DNA from: Alphaproteobacteria bacterium
Lineage (GTDB): Bacteria; Pseudomonadota; Alphaproteobacteria; SP197
Direction: 5' to 3'
Length of the DNA stretch: 64,000 bases
NCBI GenBank assembly: GCA_965228895.1
Contig: OZ245842.1
Location: 4,256,001 to 4,320,000, forward strand
This document shows positions 60,749 to 64,000 of this stretch, piece by piece (position 1 is the stretch's first letter; every line of letters starts with the position of its first letter). The position numbers were made by a program, and so were the translations under genes. The notes under the pieces are model-generated. The model did no database searches and had not been told where the DNA came from. It saw only the letters and a program-made list of their open reading frames with translations.

Positions 60749-61824
60749 CGTGCCAGCCCGCCATAAAGGGTGGGCATGTCGAGCGCGGCGAAACCGTAAT
60801 GGCGCAGCCATCTGAGGTCGGCGTCAAAGAAGGCGCGGAGATCCGGAATGCCGTATTTCAGCATCGCAACACGGTCGATGCCCATGCCGAAGGCAAAACC
60901 CTGGTACTTGTCGGGGTCGATGCCGCCGTTCTCCAGAACACGCGGGTGCACCATGCCGCTGCCCAGAATCTCGAGCCAGCCGTGGCCACCGCCGATCTTG
61001 AGCTGGCCGCCTTCGAAGGAGCAGCCGATATCGACCTCCATCGACGGCGACGTGAACGGGAAATAGCTCGGACGGTAGCGCATCGGCACATCGTCGACCT
61101 GAAAGAACGCCTCGACGAAATCCCGCAGGCAGCCTTTCAGGTGGCCCATATGCGTCTTCTCGTCGATGACCAGGCCTTCGACCTGATGGAACATCGGCGT
61201 ATGGGTCATGTCGCTGTCGCTGCGATAGGTGCGGCCCGGGGCAATGACGCGCAGCGGCGGTTTGTTGTTCAGCATGTGGCGGATCTGCACCGGCGAGGTG
61301 TGGGTCCGCAGCACCGGCCGCTGGGACCGGTCTTGGGCCGACAGATAGAAGGTGTCGTGATCCTGGCGCGCGGGATGTTCGGGTGGAATGTTGAGAGCGC
61401 CGAAATTGTACCAGTCGTCCTCGATGTCCGGCCCTTCGGCGACCTCGAAGCCGAGTTCGCAGAAGATCGCCATGATCTCGTTGGTGACCTGACTGACCGG
61501 ATGCACGGTGCCTTGAAGCTCGGGCCTCACCGGCAAGGTGACGTCGATACGTTCCTCGGCCAGGCGGCGATCGAGTTCGCTGCGTTCGAGGTCGTCGCGG
61601 CGCGTCTCGATCGCCTCGGCGATGGCGTCTTTCAGACGGTTGAGCTCGGCGCCCAGTTCGCGGCGCTGATCGGCGTCGACCTGACCCAACTGTTTCATCA
61701 GCGCGGTCACCGCACCCTTTTTGCCGAGTGCGGCCACCCGGACGCCGTCCAGTCCTTTCAGGTCACCGGACTGCGACACCTGCTCAAGAAGGTCGTGGCG
61801 CAGCTTGTCGATCTGCTCCTGCAT
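60745..61824 (-). CDS. pheS: Phenylalanine-tRNA ligase alpha subunit
   Basis: [29 protein letters not shown]. Confidence 0.98.
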   Translation of the reverse strand: MQEQIDKLRHDLLEQVSQSGDLKGLDGVRVAALGKKGAVTALMKQLGQVDADQRRELGAELNRLKDAIAEAIETRRDDLERSELDRRLAEERIDVTLPVRPELQGTVHPVSQVTNEIMAIFCELGFEVAEGPDIEDDWYNFGALNIPPEHPARQDHDTFYLSAQDRSQRPVLRTHTSPVQIRHMLNNKPPLRVIAPGRTYRSDSDMTHTPMFHQVEGLVIDEKTHMGHLKGCLRDFVEAFFQVDDVPMRYRPSYFPFTSPSMEVDIGCSFEGGQLKIGGGHGWLEILGSGMVHPRVLENGGIDPDKYQGFAFGMGIDRVAMLKYGIPDLRAFFDADLRWLRHYGFAALDMPTLYGGLAR

Positions 61825-61843
61825 GGTCTTGCCTGTCTCTACA

Positions 61844-61870
61844 CAAAACAAAGGGGGCCGTTGGCCCCCT
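61844..61870 (-). terminator. Rho-independent terminator between rplT and pheS
   Basis: AGGGGGCC-aac-GGCCCCCT followed by TTGTTTT. Confidence 0.75.
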
Positions 61871-61908
61871 CGTGGTCTGGTGATCGCGTTGGCGAAACGG
61901 TCCGTTGC

Positions 61909-62274
61909 TTACGCCGCGCTATCCCTGGCCGAGCGAGCCTGGTCGCACAGCTTGGCAAAGGAAACGGGCTCACGCGCCGCGAGGTCCGCCAGGACCTTGC
62001 GATCGAGCCCAACCCCCGCAAGCTTCATACCATGCATGAACTCGGAATAGGTCATCCCGTGCTGGCGCGCACCGGCGTTGATGCGCTGGATCCACAGGCC
62101 ACGGAACTGCCGCTTCCTGACGCGCCGGTCGCGATAGGCGTATTGCAGCGCCTTTTCGACCCGCTCCAGGGCGATCCGGTAGCAGTTGTTCGAGCGGCCG
62201 CGGTAACCCTTGGCCTGCTTCAGAACCTTCTTGTGACGTGCGTGGGAGGTGGTACCCCGCTTCACTCGCGCCAT
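61909..62274 (-). CDS. rplT: 50S ribosomal protein L20
   Basis: [28 protein letters not shown]. Confidence 0.98.
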   Translation of the reverse strand: MARVKRGTTSHARHKKVLKQAKGYRGRSNNCYRIALERVEKALQYAYRDRRVRKRQFRGLWIQRINAGARQHGMTYSEFMHGMKLAGVGLDRKVLADLAAREPVSFAKLCDQARSARDSAA

Positions 62275-62309
62275 CGTTCAATCCTTCTTCTTATCTAGGG
62301 CCCTGGCGA

Positions 62310-62507
62310 TCAGCCGTAGGGCATCAGCCGTTTGACCATCTTGACGTCAGCAGCATCGACCAGCGTGGTGCCCCGCGAGTTGCGGATGAAGCGCTTGGTG
62401 CGGCGGCGCATGAAATGCCGCTTGCCGGCATGATTACGCTTAATCTTGCCGCTCGCGGTCAGGCGAAAACGCCGCTTCATCGAGCTCTTGGTCTTCATCT
62501 TCGACAT
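62310..62507 (-). CDS. rpmI: 50S ribosomal protein L35
   Basis: KMKTKSS.KRRFRLTASGK. Confidence 0.97.
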   Translation of the reverse strand: MSKMKTKSSMKRRFRLTASGKIKRNHAGKRHFMRRRTKRFIRNSRGTTLVDAADVKMVKRLMPYG

Positions 62508-62656
62508 CGGGTCGATCCCAACAAAATCAACGACTTAGAACATGGGAGCCACCGATTCGGAAACCCGAACCGGTGGAGAGCCGGCCTTATATACGCCGAC
62601 CCTGCCCTTGGCAAGGGTTCGGGGGTGGGGTTAATGCCTGATTCGCTTGCGCTGGC

Positions 62657-62772
62657 GCCAGGCCAACCCGCTCCCCCTCTCGGCCACCCATGGCAGCATC
62701 CTCGGGGTGGCCTCGGCGAAAACGCCTCTCGGCGTTTTGCCCCGGAGGGAGGGGGAGAGTGCTGGCTTTGGC
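62657..62772. repeat. Nested palindromic (REP-like) element
   Basis: Outer CTCCCCCTC/GAGGGGGAG stem enclosing GGCCACCC/GGGTGGCC and GGCGAAAACGCC/GGCGTTTTGCC hairpins. Confidence 0.65.
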
Positions 62773-62790
62773 AACTAGACCGACATCACC

Positions 62791-63327
62791 CTAGCGCGGT
62801 GCGATCACCATGATCATCTGGCGGCCTTCCATCTTGGCCATGGCCTCGACCTTGGCGATCTCGTCGGTATCGGCGATCACCTTCTCTAGGAGACGGCTGC
62901 CGATTTCCGGATGAGCGAGTTCGCGGCCGCGGAAGCGAATGGTGATCTTCACCTTGTCGCCTTCCTCGATGAACTTGACCAGCGACCGCATCTTCACGTC
63001 GTAGTCGTGCGTGTCGATGTTCGGCCGCATCTTGATTTCTTTGACGTCGAACGTCTTCTGGCGCTTGCGCGCCTCGTTGGCCTTCTTCTGGGCTTCGTAC
63101 TTGTACTTGCCGAAATCCAGAATTTTGCACACGGGCGGGTCCGCGTTGGGCGATACCTCGACAAGGTCCAGCCCCACGGCATCAGCTGCCTGCATTGCTC
63201 GTTCGATTGAAACCACGCCGACCTGTTCGCCGTCGGCTCCGATAAGGCGCACCTGATTCGCGGTGATGCCATCGTTGGCCCGCGGTCCCGATTTGTCGGG
63301 CACGGGCGGTTGTCTGAGTCGTGCTAT
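62791..63327 (-). CDS. infC: Translation initiation factor IF-3 (probable ATA start)
   Basis: [26 protein letters not shown]; AGGAGA SD 7 nt before an in-frame ATA. Confidence 0.95.
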   Translation of the reverse strand: MARLRQPPVPDKSGPRANDGITANQVRLIGADGEQVGVVSIERAMQAADAVGLDLVEVSPNADPPVCKILDFGKYKYEAQKKANEARKRQKTFDVKEIKMRPNIDTHDYDVKMRSLVKFIEEGDKVKITIRFRGRELAHPEIGSRLLEKVIADTDEIAKVEAMAKMEGRQMIMVIAPR

Positions 63328-63354
63328 CTAGTCATCTCCTTGTTGGGGCCGGGT

Positions 63355-64000
63355 TTAGGCCGGCGGTTGCGACTCGGTCTTGAGTCTATGAATGGCGTCG
63401 TCGAGCGCAAGTGATTGCTGATCCTTGCTTCCGAGTCGCCTCAACGAAACCGTACGCTCCTCGGCCTCGCGTTTGCCGACGGCCAGGATAACCGGCACCT
63501 TGGCGGTCGAATGGTGGCGTACCTTGTAGCCAATCTTGTCGCTGCCCGTATCAAGCACGCCGTGCATGCCCTGGACCTTCAGTAACTCGTGAACCTCGGC
63601 CGCATAGGCGTCCGATTCGTTTGTGACCGTGGCGACCGCGTACTGCACCGGGGCCAGCCAGAGCGGCAGGTTGCCGGCATAGTGTTCGATCAGGATCGCC
63701 AAAAAGCGCTCAAACGAGCCCAAAATAGCCCGATGCAGCATCACCGGGCGCCGTCTGGAGCCGTCTTCGGCGATATAGACCGCGTCCAAACGCTCCGGCA
63801 GGACAAAATCGACCTGAAGCGTGCCGCACTGCCAATCGCGGCCGATGGCGTCACGCAGGACGAACTCAAGCTTGGGTCCGTAGAAGGCGCCCTCGCCGGG
63901 GTTATAGACGAGATCGAGGTCGGCGGCCGCCGCCGCGTCCTTCAACGCGTCCTCGGCCTGGGTCCAGACCGCGTCCTCGCCGGCACGCACCTCGGGCCGG
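63355..64000 (-). CDS. thrS: Threonine-tRNA ligase, C-terminal part (5' end outside window)
   Basis: [30 protein letters not shown]. Confidence 0.97.
   Translation of the reverse strand, partial: RPEVRAGEDAVWTQAEDALKDAAAAADLDLVYNPGEGAFYGPKLEFVLRDAIGRDWQCGTLQVDFVLPERLDAVYIAEDGSRRRPVMLHRAILGSFERFLAILIEHYAGNLPLWLAPVQYAVATVTNESDAYAAEVHELLKVQGMHGVLDTGSDKIGYKVRHHSTAKVPVILAVGKREAEERTVSLRRLGSKDQQSLALDDAIHRLKTESQPPA

Noticed and set aside
56746-62298. Long plus-strand ORFs (411, 573 and 499 aa)
   Set aside because: Antisense shadows of lepA, pheT and pheS/rplT in GC-rich DNA

Overview
Alphaproteobacterial chromosome window. Positions ~54.75-64 kb are core genome: tRNA-Ser(GGA), a methyltransferase, lepA, pheT, pheS, rplT, rpmI, infC and partial thrS. 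Positions ~0.4-54.7 kb form a large mosaic genomic island abutting the tRNA-Ser 3' end. The left ~33 kb is heavy-metal cargo: a P1B-2 ATPase with Cox11/PCuAC chaperones, two Dsb/SCO/TlpA thiol-redox blocks, a CDF transporter, a multicopper oxidase/CopG block and a mer operon with extra membrane genes. It also holds a second Hg-type MerR operon (thioredoxin-like, HMA, outer-membrane barrel, NHL propeller) whose merA is mostly deleted. Six MerR-type long-spacer promoters are visible, and ~20 kb of the cargo lies between two inverted IS3 copies. The right ~21 kb holds three modules: (i) a large serine recombinase coupled to two ParB-like genes; (ii) a defence cluster (helical protein plus Mrr-like nuclease, PHP-ATPase, PD-(D/E)XK nuclease with a C-protein and PvuII-type C-box); (iii) a capsid-less packaging/integration module (ParB-MTase, DUF5681, terminase large subunit, DUF3489, DUF2924, serine recombinase). 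Best candidates for undescribed systems: the terminase-only element, the recombinase-double-ParB module and the second Hg operon. All family calls come from motif recognition; no database searches were run.
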